The notes: generated by a model not told the origin, from the sequence alone. DNA of 64,000 bases from Bacteroidota bacterium (GCA_947378245.1 CANCJF010000001.1:2668-66667); one strand, 5' to 3'. Positions 1 to 9,544 are shown, numbered from the stretch's first letter. Numbers and translations: made by a program.

Positions 1-687
1 TATACAGAAATACCTCAAAAAAAATGGAAAGTTATATCCGCTACTCCCTCTCAAATTGGGTATGAACCTGAAAAAGCGATAGATGGGGATTTAACGACCT
101 ATTATCATGTACCTTGGGGAAATAATTTTGTAAGACCCCATGAATTTATCATTGATTTAGGGAATACATATACCATTAATGAATTCTACTATACCGCTAA
201 TAAAAACACTTCTGCACCATGGGAAGGTAGGATTCAAAATTATAGTATCTATTTTAGTAATGATACTTTAAATTGGTCTACAGAAGTGGCAAGTGGAGAG
301 TTTTTTCAAACAGGAGTAAGGCAATATGTGCTATTTGAAAATAAAACAGGAAGATATTTGAAATTTGTTGCTTCTAGTTCTTTTGGAGACGTTAGGACTT
401 CGATTGCTGAGATTAACTTGAGAGGTTATGAGGCAAGTCTTAATTTGTCAGAGATTAAAGAGGTAGATGTAGAAATTTATCCTAATCCAACGAAAAGAAA
501 TTTTTCAGTTACTAATCTCAATGAATTTTCAAGAATCAAAATAATTGATTTATTAGGAAATATAGTAGTTGATGAAACATTAAATGAATCCAAAAAGGAA
601 TACTTTATAGAAAATAATGGTATGTATTTGGTTTATCTTAGTTCTGAAAACAAACAATTAGTCAAAAAACTAATTATCGAAAATTAA
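1..687 (+). CDS. Partial (5' truncated by window) secreted protein: discoidin/F5-8 type C-like domain plus T9SS C-terminal sorting domain
   Basis: Frame 1 is open from nt 1 with no stop. The N-part reads ...AIDGDLTTYYHVPWGNN...FIIDLG.... The last ~80 aa (EIYPNPTKRNFSV...NGMYLVYLSSE...KKLII) match the Por/T9SS type A CTD pattern. Confidence 0.7.
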   Translation, partial: YTEIPQKKWKVISATPSQIGYEPEKAIDGDLTTYYHVPWGNNFVRPHEFIIDLGNTYTINEFYYTANKNTSAPWEGRIQNYSIYFSNDTLNWSTEVASGEFFQTGVRQYVLFENKTGRYLKFVASSSFGDVRTSIAEINLRGYEASLNLSEIKEVDVEIYPNPTKRNFSVTNLNEFSRIKIIDLLGNIVVDETLNESKKEYFIENNGMYLVYLSSENKQLVKKLIIEN

Positions 688-764
688 AATAAACGCCTTG
701 AATTTTACATTTGAGTACTTGAATAATAGCCCGACATTGTTTGGTTTGTTGGTGGGGTAATCGT

Positions 765-1022
765 TTAATCATAATGATACTTACACGAAATAATTATCAC
801 GGTATCATTTTCCACCTTGTACACCAATCTATGTTCGCGATCAATCCTGCGCGACCAATAACCAGCTAAATCATATTTTAGTGCTTCGGGTTTTCCGATT
901 CCTTCATAAGGAGTTCGCTGGATATCTTTGATGAGCTGATTTATTTTCACTAACATTTTTCGGTCTTCTTTCAACCATGTTGTATAATCTTCCCAAGCGT
1001 GAGATGAAAAAGTGATCCGCAT
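765..1022 (-). CDS. yoeB: YoeB/Txe family toxin (mRNA interferase)
   Basis: 85 aa with YoeB-like sequence (WEDY..W...D.K....IN.LI.DI.R.P..GIGKPE.L...L.G.WSRRI..EHRLVY). Its ATG overlaps the antitoxin stop (TAATG). Confidence 0.9.
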   Translation of the reverse strand: MRITFSSHAWEDYTTWLKEDRKMLVKINQLIKDIQRTPYEGIGKPEALKYDLAGYWSRRIDREHRLVYKVENDTVIIISCKYHYD

Positions 1023-1276
1023 TAATCTTCGATTAAGTCGTGTGTTTGACCTTTTTGATCTCTAATTTCTTTCATGGATTCATACAAACGATCTGCATTT
1101 TTCATGGAACCAAGTAAGTGCATCGTTTCTATCATAGAGTTATATTCTTCCAAGGAAATCAACACCGTACCTTTTCCTTTCCCTCGTTTAATAATCAAGG
1201 TTTCATTATTATCTTCTACTTCATTCAGGTATTTTTTTAAGTCTGTTCTAAACTCAGAATAATTTGCAGCCAACAT
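1022..1276 (-). CDS. yefM: Phd/YefM family antitoxin
   Basis: 84 aa, YefM-like N-terminus (...NYSEFRTDLKKYLNEVEDNNETLIIKR...GTVLISLEEYNSMIETMHLL). Lies immediately upstream of yoeB and overlaps it by 1 nt. Confidence 0.9.
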   Translation of the reverse strand: MLAANYSEFRTDLKKYLNEVEDNNETLIIKRGKGKGTVLISLEEYNSMIETMHLLGSMKNADRLYESMKEIRDQKGQTHDLIED

Positions 1277-1342
1277 AACGTACGTATTTAAGTACTAATT
1301 TACGTAATTATTTGAAAGATTCAAAAAATTTGTAAAATAAAA

Positions 1343-1460
1343 TTGACGTTTAAAATTAGATTTTTTGAGGCAAACAATAAATTAAATCCGCAGTATACAT
1401 TAGTATATGAGGAGTTTAATTTTGCAGTTGAACGAAGAAAAAGCAATTTTTAAAAGTCAA
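1343..1460 (+). repeat. Copy A (short variant) of the interspersed structured repeat family
   Basis: Shares the core TAGATTTTTTGAGGCAAACAA..ATTAAATCCGCAGTATAC..GAACGAAGAAAAAGCAATTT with 10476-10628 and 40992-41150. Its own terminal inverted repeat is TTGACGTTTAAAATT / AATTTTTAAAAGTCAA. It lacks the ~40-nt internal module. Confidence 0.8.
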
Positions 1461-2684
1461 TTAATTATACTCAAATATCCCATCCCAGATTTCATCCACT
1501 CGTTGCAAAGCCTGTTCCATCGGTAATACCGTCCAAATTGCTTTGTTTTCCTGTGCCAAACCAATGTGTTGTAATTTTGCCAATGCATCTTTCACATCAA
1601 AGTCGAGGTGACACTTAAATTCTTGCGCAAACCACGTTTCAATTTGTTGGTCGAGCACTTCAGCGCTTGTCGGCTGATTATTTTGCAACAAAAACGAATA
1701 GGCCAACATACTTTCTTTCATTTCTTCTTCTTCCGATGCATCGATTAAGGAATGAAAAACGCCTCCATTATTACCTAAATTTTTGAAATACAGAGAATCG
1801 GTCAACATCTTCTTGAAATTGTTTTTCTTGTTGATGTACCCTTTGTATTGTCTGAAAAGGTATAAACCGAGTACTCCTAAAGCGATACCACTTTGAATAA
1901 GCGTAGTCTTTAATCCTTGAAGATGGCTCAAATGACCTGCTTTGTATGCTTCACCGATCTTTATAAGAGCAGGAATTACTTTCGTAGATAAGATAGGAAC
2001 ACCACCACCAATTGCCGGAATCCAAAGCAACAATTTGTCGGTTAATGACATCTTCGGTTCGGCATTCGGAAAAATGGTTTCCAAGTCGTTTTTAGGTACG
2101 CGTTTGAAGATTTTAAGTACGATACTATTTGGATCGATATGTAGTTTTTCAGGATCTATTTTTTTCGCTTCAAAGTAAGTCGCGTCTTTGTAATGAAGGT
2201 AAATAACTACTCGATCGTAATATTCTATTTCTACTTCTTTTTTCCAGAAGATAAAACGTTTTACTTGTTCTTTCGTTTTTGTAAGTCCTCGGGCATACAA
2301 ATAATATTCGTCGTAATTATCGAAGTCGATATGAAGGTTTAGACCTACTAAATCAGAAGCATTAATCGCTTTGTGAAGCACTTCATCCTCAATCTTTTCA
2401 AAGTTCCCGCGCTCCAACACTTTTTTGAAAATGGCATGGAAACTTTTTAGGTTGCTTTTATGAGTATATAATGCGCGTTCTTTTGGTAAACGGTCTGGAT
2501 CGAAATGTGCGTAATTGTGCTTTAATTGTTGATTTAACCCAAATCCTTCGTAGTGAAAATAGTGTTCAAGTATGTGAAATAAGCGTTTGAAATTAGTAGC
2601 ATCAGTTTCGTTGGTGTAGGATTGTTCTACTTGTTTTTCCAACAAGATTTCTTTGCTAAACGGTATGTAATTTTCTTTTTTCAT
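1461..2684 (-). CDS. DUF3754 / TMEM143-like membrane protein (function unknown)
   Basis: The long ORF in the track starts at TTG 2714; the first ATG is 2684 (MKKENYIPF...). Central motif ...FKRVPKNDLETIFPNAEPKMSLTDKLLLWIPAIGGG... followed by two hydrophobic helices resembles DUF3754. Family assignment is from memory, not searched. Confidence 0.55.
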   Translation of the reverse strand: MKKENYIPFSKEILLEKQVEQSYTNETDATNFKRLFHILEHYFHYEGFGLNQQLKHNYAHFDPDRLPKERALYTHKSNLKSFHAIFKKVLERGNFEKIEDEVLHKAINASDLVGLNLHIDFDNYDEYYLYARGLTKTKEQVKRFIFWKKEVEIEYYDRVVIYLHYKDATYFEAKKIDPEKLHIDPNSIVLKIFKRVPKNDLETIFPNAEPKMSLTDKLLLWIPAIGGGVPILSTKVIPALIKIGEAYKAGHLSHLQGLKTTLIQSGIALGVLGLYLFRQYKGYINKKNNFKKMLTDSLYFKNLGNNGGVFHSLIDASEEEEMKESMLAYSFLLQNNQPTSAEVLDQQIETWFAQEFKCHLDFDVKDALAKLQHIGLAQENKAIWTVLPMEQALQRVDEIWDGIFEYN

Positions 2685-2802
2685 GAACAGTGAAAATGGA
2701 TTTTTGTGCCTCAAAGATAGTGAGAAAACACTGTTTTACGACGAATTCTAATTCAAACCCGACGAATTCTAGATTGTTCTTTTAAAATCGAAATGCTGGG
2801 TC

Positions 2803-2810
2803 TACATTTG
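2803..2810 (+). promoter_or_regulatory. Candidate Bacteroidota -7 promoter element (TACATTTG = TAnnTTTG)
   Basis: Exact TAnnTTTG match 23 nt upstream of the ATG at 2833. No clean -33 TTTG seen. Confidence 0.35.
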
Positions 2811-2832
2811 ATTAAATCAAAATCAAAAAGCT

Positions 2833-5133
2833 ATGAAAACAATTTTACTATCGGCGTTTTTACTACTCGTAACAAGTATGTTTGCGCAAACCTACGTGAC
2901 GATACCAGATGCAAATTTTGCAAAGTGGTTGAGAACTTATATTCCAAATGCCATGAAGGTGGATCAATTAGATATTTCGCATCAAGATGTACTTACAAGG
3001 ACAGATATTTTTATAGATGCCTATGGAGTAGAGGATATTTCAGGAATTGAATATTTTACTTCCTTAGTGAATTTGAGTGTTGCGAATTACTCAGAGCAAA
3101 CTACAGGTAAAAGAAACTCTATTAAAATATTAACCAATCTACCACCTTCATTAGTAATTTTAGATCTTTCAAGTAATAAGTTGACATCTTTACCGATATT
3201 ACCAACTTCATTACAACAATTAAATTGTCAATACAACCAAATCTCTCAATTACCACCTTTCCCACAAACGTTGACAACTTTAATGGCGAATGGCAATCAA
3301 CTTAAAGAAGTTCCTACATTACCGGATAATCTGCAATTGTTAGATTTAGCTTCAAATATGATTTCAACACTACCAAACTTACCAAATAAGCTAACATTTT
3401 TAAATTTATCTTATAATCCCATTGGAAGTTTAACTTCTGTTCCAAGTACATTGAATGTTCTGTATGTTACAGAATGTGGATTAAATATCTTACCAAATTT
3501 ACCTCTTTCCGTTTCATTTTTAGAATGTGGTTTTAATCAACTTACTGCTTTACCTGAATTACCAAATTCATTGATTACGTTAAATTGTTCAGATAATAAA
3601 ATAACTTGTTTCCCTAAATTTCCAAAATCATTATCAACGATTAATATTTCAAACAACGCTTTTTCTTGTCTACCAAATTACCTTCCTTGTATGGATAAAG
3701 TGACTTTGTCTTTTCCTCTATGTGCTGAAGGAAACATAAGTGGTTGTCCAAGTGCTGAAGAAGGAATCGTAGGATTTACCACAAAAGATGAAAACGCAGA
3801 TTGTAAAAAAGATGAGAAAGAACAAGGTATTTCTAACCTTCCGTTGATGTTGTTAGACGCCAATAACAACGTAATTGCCCAAACTATCACTGCTGAAAAT
3901 GGGGTGTATCAATTTTCAACATTAGGTGCTTCTACTTACCAAGTACAATTAGACAAAGACAACATTCCTTTTGCCGTTGTATGTAACGATAAACAAGCAG
4001 TTGACTTAACAAATCAAACCTATGCAAAAGATGTAAACTTTAGCTTGACATGCAAAGATGGAATGGATGTTGGTGTACGTTCTATTGCAACTTCAGGAAT
4101 CATTTTCCCTGGCCAACCACATACATTAACCGTTGCTGCTGGAGACATGAGTAACTGGTACAACATGCATTGCGCTACAGGTAAAGCGGGTAAATTACAG
4201 TTAACGATTTCTGGTCCTGTTGTTTACAAAGGAATTAAAATTGGATCATTGACACCATCCATTGCAGGAAATGTATATACCTATGACATCGCTGATTTTG
4301 GTGATGTGAATTTTACAGAAGATTTTGGATTACAATTTGAGACAGAAACTACCGCACAAGCAGGAGACCAAATTTGTGTAGACGCGCAAATCACACCAAC
4401 TTCAGGTGATAATAATTTAGCAAATAACCAATATTCTTTTTGTTATTCAGTGGTGAACTCGCACGATCCAAATTTAAAGGAAGTATTCCCAGCGAACTTC
4501 AAACCGGGTTATGATGGGTATTTAACGTACACAGTACACTTCCAAAATACAGGTTCTGCACCAGCGTTTAACATCCGTTTATTAGATACTTTGGATACAA
4601 AATTAGATTTGTCAACGTTCGAAGTATTGAATTATAGCCATAAAAATCGTGTGGAATTAAATGGTAACATTATGCAAGTGTTCTACAACAACATTCACTT
4701 GAAGGATAGTACAACAAACGAAAAAGCTTCTCATGGTTTCATTCAATACCGTATCAAGCCGAAAAAAGCGATTGCTGAATCTGATCAAATTAAAAACACA
4801 GCACACATTTACTTTGATTTTAATGAAGCGGTAGTAACCAACACAACCATCAGTAAAGCAAATAAAAGTTTAGGTTTAGAAAACAAAAAAGAAACTACTC
4901 TACGTATTTATCCTAATCCTGCGGAAACAATGATTACCTTAGAAAGAGCTACTTCATCGAATGCTAAATTGAATGTTCAAATGTTGAATGTAAACGGACA
5001 CGTAGTTTATGCTACGACTTTAGAAAATACGACGAATCATACGATCGATATTAGTGCATACACACCAGGAATGTACTTTATAAATGTAGTAAGTGATGTT
5101 ACATCAGAAATCCTTAAGGTTGTTAAGAAATAA
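2833..5133 (+). CDS. Secreted multidomain protein: LPX-type leucine-rich repeats, CnaB/SdrD-like fold, conserved-repeat (DUF11-like) domain, T9SS C-terminal sorting domain
   Basis: Signal peptide MKTILLSAFLLLVTSMFAQ. About 10 repeats of L..LP.LP..L..L.C..N.L..LP (YopM/IpaH-like bacterial LRR). Then ...ISNLPLMLLDANNNVIAQTITAENGVYQFS.... Then HDPNLKEV...YTVHFQNTGSAPAFNIRLLDTLD. C-terminus LRIYPNPAETMITLE...GMYFINVV...LKVVKK. Confidence 0.8.
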   Translation: MKTILLSAFLLLVTSMFAQTYVTIPDANFAKWLRTYIPNAMKVDQLDISHQDVLTRTDIFIDAYGVEDISGIEYFTSLVNLSVANYSEQTTGKRNSIKILTNLPPSLVILDLSSNKLTSLPILPTSLQQLNCQYNQISQLPPFPQTLTTLMANGNQLKEVPTLPDNLQLLDLASNMISTLPNLPNKLTFLNLSYNPIGSLTSVPSTLNVLYVTECGLNILPNLPLSVSFLECGFNQLTALPELPNSLITLNCSDNKITCFPKFPKSLSTINISNNAFSCLPNYLPCMDKVTLSFPLCAEGNISGCPSAEEGIVGFTTKDENADCKKDEKEQGISNLPLMLLDANNNVIAQTITAENGVYQFSTLGASTYQVQLDKDNIPFAVVCNDKQAVDLTNQTYAKDVNFSLTCKDGMDVGVRSIATSGIIFPGQPHTLTVAAGDMSNWYNMHCATGKAGKLQLTISGPVVYKGIKIGSLTPSIAGNVYTYDIADFGDVNFTEDFGLQFETETTAQAGDQICVDAQITPTSGDNNLANNQYSFCYSVVNSHDPNLKEVFPANFKPGYDGYLTYTVHFQNTGSAPAFNIRLLDTLDTKLDLSTFEVLNYSHKNRVELNGNIMQVFYNNIHLKDSTTNEKASHGFIQYRIKPKKAIAESDQIKNTAHIYFDFNEAVVTNTTISKANKSLGLENKKETTLRIYPNPAETMITLERATSSNAKLNVQMLNVNGHVVYATTLENTTNHTIDISAYTPGMYFINVVSDVTSEILKVVKK

Positions 5134-5160
5134 TCATTTAACACACTTATTAGATCAATG

Positions 5161-5189
5161 AAGGCTACTTTAAATAGGTAGCCTTTTTG
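5161..5189 (+). terminator. Rho-independent terminator
   Basis: AAGGCTAC-N9-GTAGCCTT hairpin followed by a T-run, 28 nt after the stop at 5133. Confidence 0.7.
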
Positions 5190-5220
5190 AATTTAAGTTG
5201 TATTTCTCTCCAATAAAGAA

Positions 5221-5228
5221 TATCTTTG
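5221..5228 (+). promoter_or_regulatory. Candidate -7 promoter element (TATCTTTG) for dxs
   Basis: Exact TAnnTTTG, with GTTG 20 nt upstream as a weak -33. It lies inside the TTG-extended ORF of the track, arguing for the ATG start at 5243/5249. Confidence 0.4.
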
Positions 5229-5242
5229 TTAGTCAAACCTTC

Positions 5243-7204
5243 ATGACTATGAGTAATTACAAAGCAGGTCCTTTTTTAGAACAAATTAATGTTCCAAGCG
5301 ATTTACGCAATAAGTTTGCTGTGAGTGATTTACCTCAGGTTTCAAAAGAACTTCGTCAGTACATTGTGGATGTCATTTCTGAAATTGGAAATAGTCACTT
5401 TGGCGCAAGTTTAGGGGTGGTTGAATTATCTGTTGCTTTACATTATGTGTTTAATACACCCTACGACCAATTAGTATGGGACGTTGGTCACCAAGCATAC
5501 GGACATAAAATCTTGACGGGTCGTCGTGATGTTTTTCATACGAACCGCATCAAAGGAGGGATTTCAGGTTTTCCAAAACGTAGCGAAAGTGAATACGATA
5601 CCTTTGGTGTAGGTCACTCTTCAACTTCGATTTCCGCAGCGCTTGGTATGGCGGTTGCAAATCGTTACAAAGGGGAGAAGAATAGACAACACATTGCTGT
5701 TATTGGTGATGGTGCCATGACAGCTGGTTTGGCGTTTGAAGGTATGAATCACGCTGGTTTTGAAAAAGACGCTAACTTATTGGTGGTGTTAAACGACAAT
5801 TGTATGTCGATCGACCCAAACGTTGGTGCATTGAAAGAATACCTTACTGATATTACGACTTCTCATACGTACAATAAGGTAAAAGATGAGGTGTGGAAAA
5901 TGTTGGGTAAAATTTCCAAATTTGGTCCGGATGCACAAGCGGTGGTTTCCAAAATTTCACATTCATTAAAAAGTACCTTATTAAATCAAAGTAACTTATT
6001 TGAATCGTTGCAATTCCGTTACTTTGGACCGGTGGATGGTCACGATGTGGAAGGATTAGCAAAGGTATTAGAAGATTTAAAACATATCCCAGGACCTAAA
6101 ATTTTACATTGTATTACGGTAAAAGGGAAAGGGTATAAATATTCCGAAGAGGGAGATCCAACGAAATGGCACGCTCCAGGAATCTTCAACAAAGAGACAG
6201 GAGAAATTATTAAAATTGTTCCTAAGTCTCCACAACCACCAAGATACCAAGATGTTTTTGGTCATACGATTGTGGAATTAGCGGAAAAGAACGACAAAGT
6301 GATGGGGGTAACTCCTGCGATGCCTTCGGGTTCTTCGTTAAACATCATGATGCAGGCAATGCCTGATCGTGCGTTTGACGTAGGGATTGCGGAACAACAC
6401 GCGGTGACTTTTTCTGCTGGTTTAGCTACGCAAGGATTAGTTCCTTTTTGTAATATCTACTCTTCGTTCATGCAACGAGCATACGACCAAGTGTTGCACG
6501 ATGTAGCCATTCAAAATTTGAATGTCGTATTTTGTTTAGATCGCGGTGGATTTGTAGGTGCTGATGGTGCTACACATCATGGATTGTATGACATTGCGTA
6601 TATGCGTATGATTCCTAACATGATTGTTTCTTCGCCAATGAATGAGGCTGAATTACGCGATTTGATGTATACTGCTCAACAAGAAAACATGGGTCCGTTT
6701 ACGATCCGTTATCCTCGTGGAAATGGGGTGATGTTGGAATGGAAAACACCTATGAAAGCGATTAAAGTAGGAACAGGACGTAAATTAACGGATGGTATAG
6801 ACGTAGCTTTTGTTACGGTTGGACCAGTTGGAAATTTTGCGCAAGAGGCGGTTGAAGAATTAAAAACATTAGGTATTTCTGCAGCTCATTATGACCTTCG
6901 TTTTGTGAAACCATTAGATGAGGTGATGCTTCACGAAGTGTTTACAAAGTTTGACAAAGTAATTACCGCGGAAGATGGTTGTTTGATGGGCGGTATGGGA
7001 AGTGCTGTATTAGAATTTATGGGCGACCATCACTATACGTCGAAAATTGTTCGTTTAGGTGTTCCTGATAAATACATACACCATGGAACTCCTGCTGAAT
7101 TGTATGAAGAAGCTGGTTTTGATAAAAACGCCATGGTAGAACATGCAAAACAATTAGTTGGTTACCAAAAACCATCCGACCTTTCTCAAGAAATAGCAGG
7201 TTAA
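5243..7204 (+). CDS. dxs: 1-deoxy-D-xylulose-5-phosphate synthase
   Basis: Colinear with E. coli Dxs: ...GHFGASLGVVELSVALHYVFNTPYDQLVWDVGHQAYGHKILTGRR..., GDGAMTAG TPP motif, IAEQHAVTF. The track start 5198 is TTG; ATGs at 5243 and 5249. Confidence 0.95.
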   Translation: MTMSNYKAGPFLEQINVPSDLRNKFAVSDLPQVSKELRQYIVDVISEIGNSHFGASLGVVELSVALHYVFNTPYDQLVWDVGHQAYGHKILTGRRDVFHTNRIKGGISGFPKRSESEYDTFGVGHSSTSISAALGMAVANRYKGEKNRQHIAVIGDGAMTAGLAFEGMNHAGFEKDANLLVVLNDNCMSIDPNVGALKEYLTDITTSHTYNKVKDEVWKMLGKISKFGPDAQAVVSKISHSLKSTLLNQSNLFESLQFRYFGPVDGHDVEGLAKVLEDLKHIPGPKILHCITVKGKGYKYSEEGDPTKWHAPGIFNKETGEIIKIVPKSPQPPRYQDVFGHTIVELAEKNDKVMGVTPAMPSGSSLNIMMQAMPDRAFDVGIAEQHAVTFSAGLATQGLVPFCNIYSSFMQRAYDQVLHDVAIQNLNVVFCLDRGGFVGADGATHHGLYDIAYMRMIPNMIVSSPMNEAELRDLMYTAQQENMGPFTIRYPRGNGVMLEWKTPMKAIKVGTGRKLTDGIDVAFVTVGPVGNFAQEAVEELKTLGISAAHYDLRFVKPLDEVMLHEVFTKFDKVITAEDGCLMGGMGSAVLEFMGDHHYTSKIVRLGVPDKYIHHGTPAELYEEAGFDKNAMVEHAKQLVGYQKPSDLSQEIAG

Positions 7205-7208
7205 TCCC

Positions 7209-8087
7209 TTGTTTCAGAAATATAAATATCATTTTGCCCTACATTTGATTATCTTCATTTGGGGTTTTACGGGGATACTAGGAAAGTTAATACATCTGAG
7301 TTCTGAACAAATTGTTTGGTACCGTTGTTTCATTGCATTTGTATCGATGTTGATTGCGCTTAAAATCTTTAAACTTCCGATCCGTATTCCTTTAAAAAAA
7401 TATTTTTGGGCAACGTTGGGAGTTGGGATGTTGGTTGCGATGCATTGGTGGACCTTTTACCAATCCATTTATTGGTCTACGGCTTCGTTGGGAATTTTGT
7501 GTCTTTCGACTGTAACTTTGCATGTAACGTGGTTAGAACCGGTATTGTTTGGTAAGAAGTTTTCCTTGCTCGAATTTTTCATGGGATTATTGGTGGTAAT
7601 TGGTATTTATATTGTCTCCGATGATTTCAAAGGAAATGAATTTGAAGCCTTAATTTGGGGATTAATTTCTGCTTTGTGTGCGGCGTTATTTTCTGTTTTT
7701 AATGCCCAATTGGCTCAAAAAATTCCATCGACCGCAATGTCAATTCACGAGATGGGTATTGGTTTTATTTTTCTAACGTGTGTACTATTTTTTCAAGGGA
7801 AATTAGATGCCTCAATTTTTGAAATGTCGATTTCCGATGGGTTATGGTTGTTGTTTTTAGGGATTGTATGTACCTGTGTTTCGTTTATTGTAACGATAGA
7901 AGTGATGAAGAAACTAGGTGCTTTTACGGTTTCGTTGAGCATTAATTTAGAACCGGTGTATACCATCATTTTAGCGGTTATTATTTTAAACGAACATACC
8001 TTGTTGGGGTATAAATTTTACATAGGAGCCGCGGTAATTTTGTTGGTTTTACTTGCAAATGGATTATTGAAAAGAAGGATGTCTTAA
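7209..8087 (+). CDS. EamA/DMT family transporter
   Basis: 292 aa with about 10 hydrophobic helices in two EamA-like halves. Only a TTG start is available near the N-terminus, 5 nt after the dxs stop. Confidence 0.75.
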   Translation: MFQKYKYHFALHLIIFIWGFTGILGKLIHLSSEQIVWYRCFIAFVSMLIALKIFKLPIRIPLKKYFWATLGVGMLVAMHWWTFYQSIYWSTASLGILCLSTVTLHVTWLEPVLFGKKFSLLEFFMGLLVVIGIYIVSDDFKGNEFEALIWGLISALCAALFSVFNAQLAQKIPSTAMSIHEMGIGFIFLTCVLFFQGKLDASIFEMSISDGLWLLFLGIVCTCVSFIVTIEVMKKLGAFTVSLSINLEPVYTIILAVIILNEHTLLGYKFYIGAAVILLVLLANGLLKRRMS

Positions 8088-8179
8088 TGTGATTTAATTA
8101 AATTTCGCTTACATAAAATTTTGTGTGAAAATTAAGTCTTTCTTCTATTGTCTAATGGTCTTTTGTCTTAATTTTGAGT

Positions 8180-9544
8180 ATGGCTAAAATTAAAACAGCA
8201 TTTTTTTGTCAAAACTGCGGACACCAAACACCAAAATGGTTAGGTAAATGTCCTTCGTGTTCGGAATGGAATACCTTTGTAGAAGAAGTGTTAGGTAACA
8301 ATGATTCAAACGTTGTTGCTTTTTCTACAAGTAATGGTAAAACCGCGAAACCACAAGCAGTCCAAGATATCGAACATCGTGCGGAAGCAAGAATTACACT
8401 TCACGATAAAGAATTAAATCGCGTTTTAGGAGAAGGTTTAGTGCCTGGATCCTTGATATTATTTGGTGGCGAACCAGGAATTGGTAAATCGACCTTGATG
8501 TTGCAATTGGCTGTCACAGAGAAAAATTTACGCATCCTCTATGTGTCAGGTGAAGAGAGCGAGCAACAAATCAAGATGCGTGCAGAACGTATCGGTTTAG
8601 ACAATAATGAATGTTTTATTTTAACGGAAACGAACCTACAAAATATCTTTTTGCAAACAGAGGAAATCAAACCACAGTTGTTGGTCATTGACTCTATTCA
8701 AACATTATACAGTTCACACATTGAGAGTTCGCCAGGGAGTATTTCACAAGTGCGTGAATGTACAGCGCAATTATTGCGTTATGCCAAACAAACGGAAGTA
8801 CCAGTGTTTTTAATTGGTCACATTACGAAAGAAGGTGCGCTTGCAGGACCAAAAGTGTTGGAACACATGGTCGATGTTGTTTTACAATTTGAAGGAGATC
8901 GCAATCACGTGTATCGTTTGTTACGCACCATAAAAAATCGTTTTGGAAGTACGAATGAATTAGGAATCTATGAAATGCTAGGCTCTGGTTTACGACAAGT
9001 AGAAAATCCATCCGAAATTTTAATTACGAATACGGACGAAACACTAAGTGGTATTTCGATTGCCTCTACGTTGGAAGGCTTGCGACCTATGTTGATAGAA
9101 GTGCAAGCCTTAGTCAGTACAGCAGCCTATGGTACACCACAACGCTCCTCTACAGGATTTGACTTGCGAAGGTTAAACATGCTCTTGGCAGTTATGGAAA
9201 AACGCTGCGGGTTTAAATTAGGTGCAAAAGATGTTTTCTTAAATATCGCAGGAGGAATCCGTGTGGACGATCCAGCCATTGATTTAGCGGTGGTTGCTTC
9301 AGTGTTATCATCCAATGCAGACTTACCAGTCCCTAAAAATTATTGTTTGTCGGCAGAAGTAGGTTTGTCAGGAGAAATTAGACCTGTCAATCGGATTGAA
9401 CAACGCATCTCAGAAGCCGAAAAATTAGGGTTTGAAAAGATCATCATATCATCATTCAACAAAGGGATTTCTCAAAAAAATCACTCCATTGAATTGGTGA
9501 TGTGTAGCCGCATTGATGAGGTGTTAAAAGCACTTTTTTCTTAA
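8180..9544 (+). CDS. radA: DNA repair protein RadA/Sms
   Basis: N-terminal zinc finger CQNCGHQTPKWLGKCPSCSEWNTF, Walker A GGEPGIGKST, KNRFG motif, Lon-like C-terminal domain. ATG at 8180 (track start 8174 is TTG). Confidence 0.95.
   Translation: MAKIKTAFFCQNCGHQTPKWLGKCPSCSEWNTFVEEVLGNNDSNVVAFSTSNGKTAKPQAVQDIEHRAEARITLHDKELNRVLGEGLVPGSLILFGGEPGIGKSTLMLQLAVTEKNLRILYVSGEESEQQIKMRAERIGLDNNECFILTETNLQNIFLQTEEIKPQLLVIDSIQTLYSSHIESSPGSISQVRECTAQLLRYAKQTEVPVFLIGHITKEGALAGPKVLEHMVDVVLQFEGDRNHVYRLLRTIKNRFGSTNELGIYEMLGSGLRQVENPSEILITNTDETLSGISIASTLEGLRPMLIEVQALVSTAAYGTPQRSSTGFDLRRLNMLLAVMEKRCGFKLGAKDVFLNIAGGIRVDDPAIDLAVVASVLSSNADLPVPKNYCLSAEVGLSGEIRPVNRIEQRISEAEKLGFEKIIISSFNKGISQKNHSIELVMCSRIDEVLKALFS

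Noticed and set aside
1074-1262. 62-aa plus-strand ORF antisense to yefM, 78-aa ORF 1942-2178 and 85-aa ORF 2793-3050
   Set aside because: They are antisense to, or overlap out of frame with, well-supported genes. There is no family resemblance and no start context.
5198-5242. N-terminal extensions in the ORF track that begin at TTG (dxs 5198, radA 8174, lipoprotein 10658, recA 29647, LRR 34013, uvrC 40949, DUF4286 45643, acpP 47522, pyk 51037, DUF3754 2714)
   Set aside because: Homologous N-termini or signal peptides begin at downstream ATGs. In several cases (dxs, recA, DUF4286) a TAnnTTTG promoter motif, or for uvrC a terminator, lies inside the extension.
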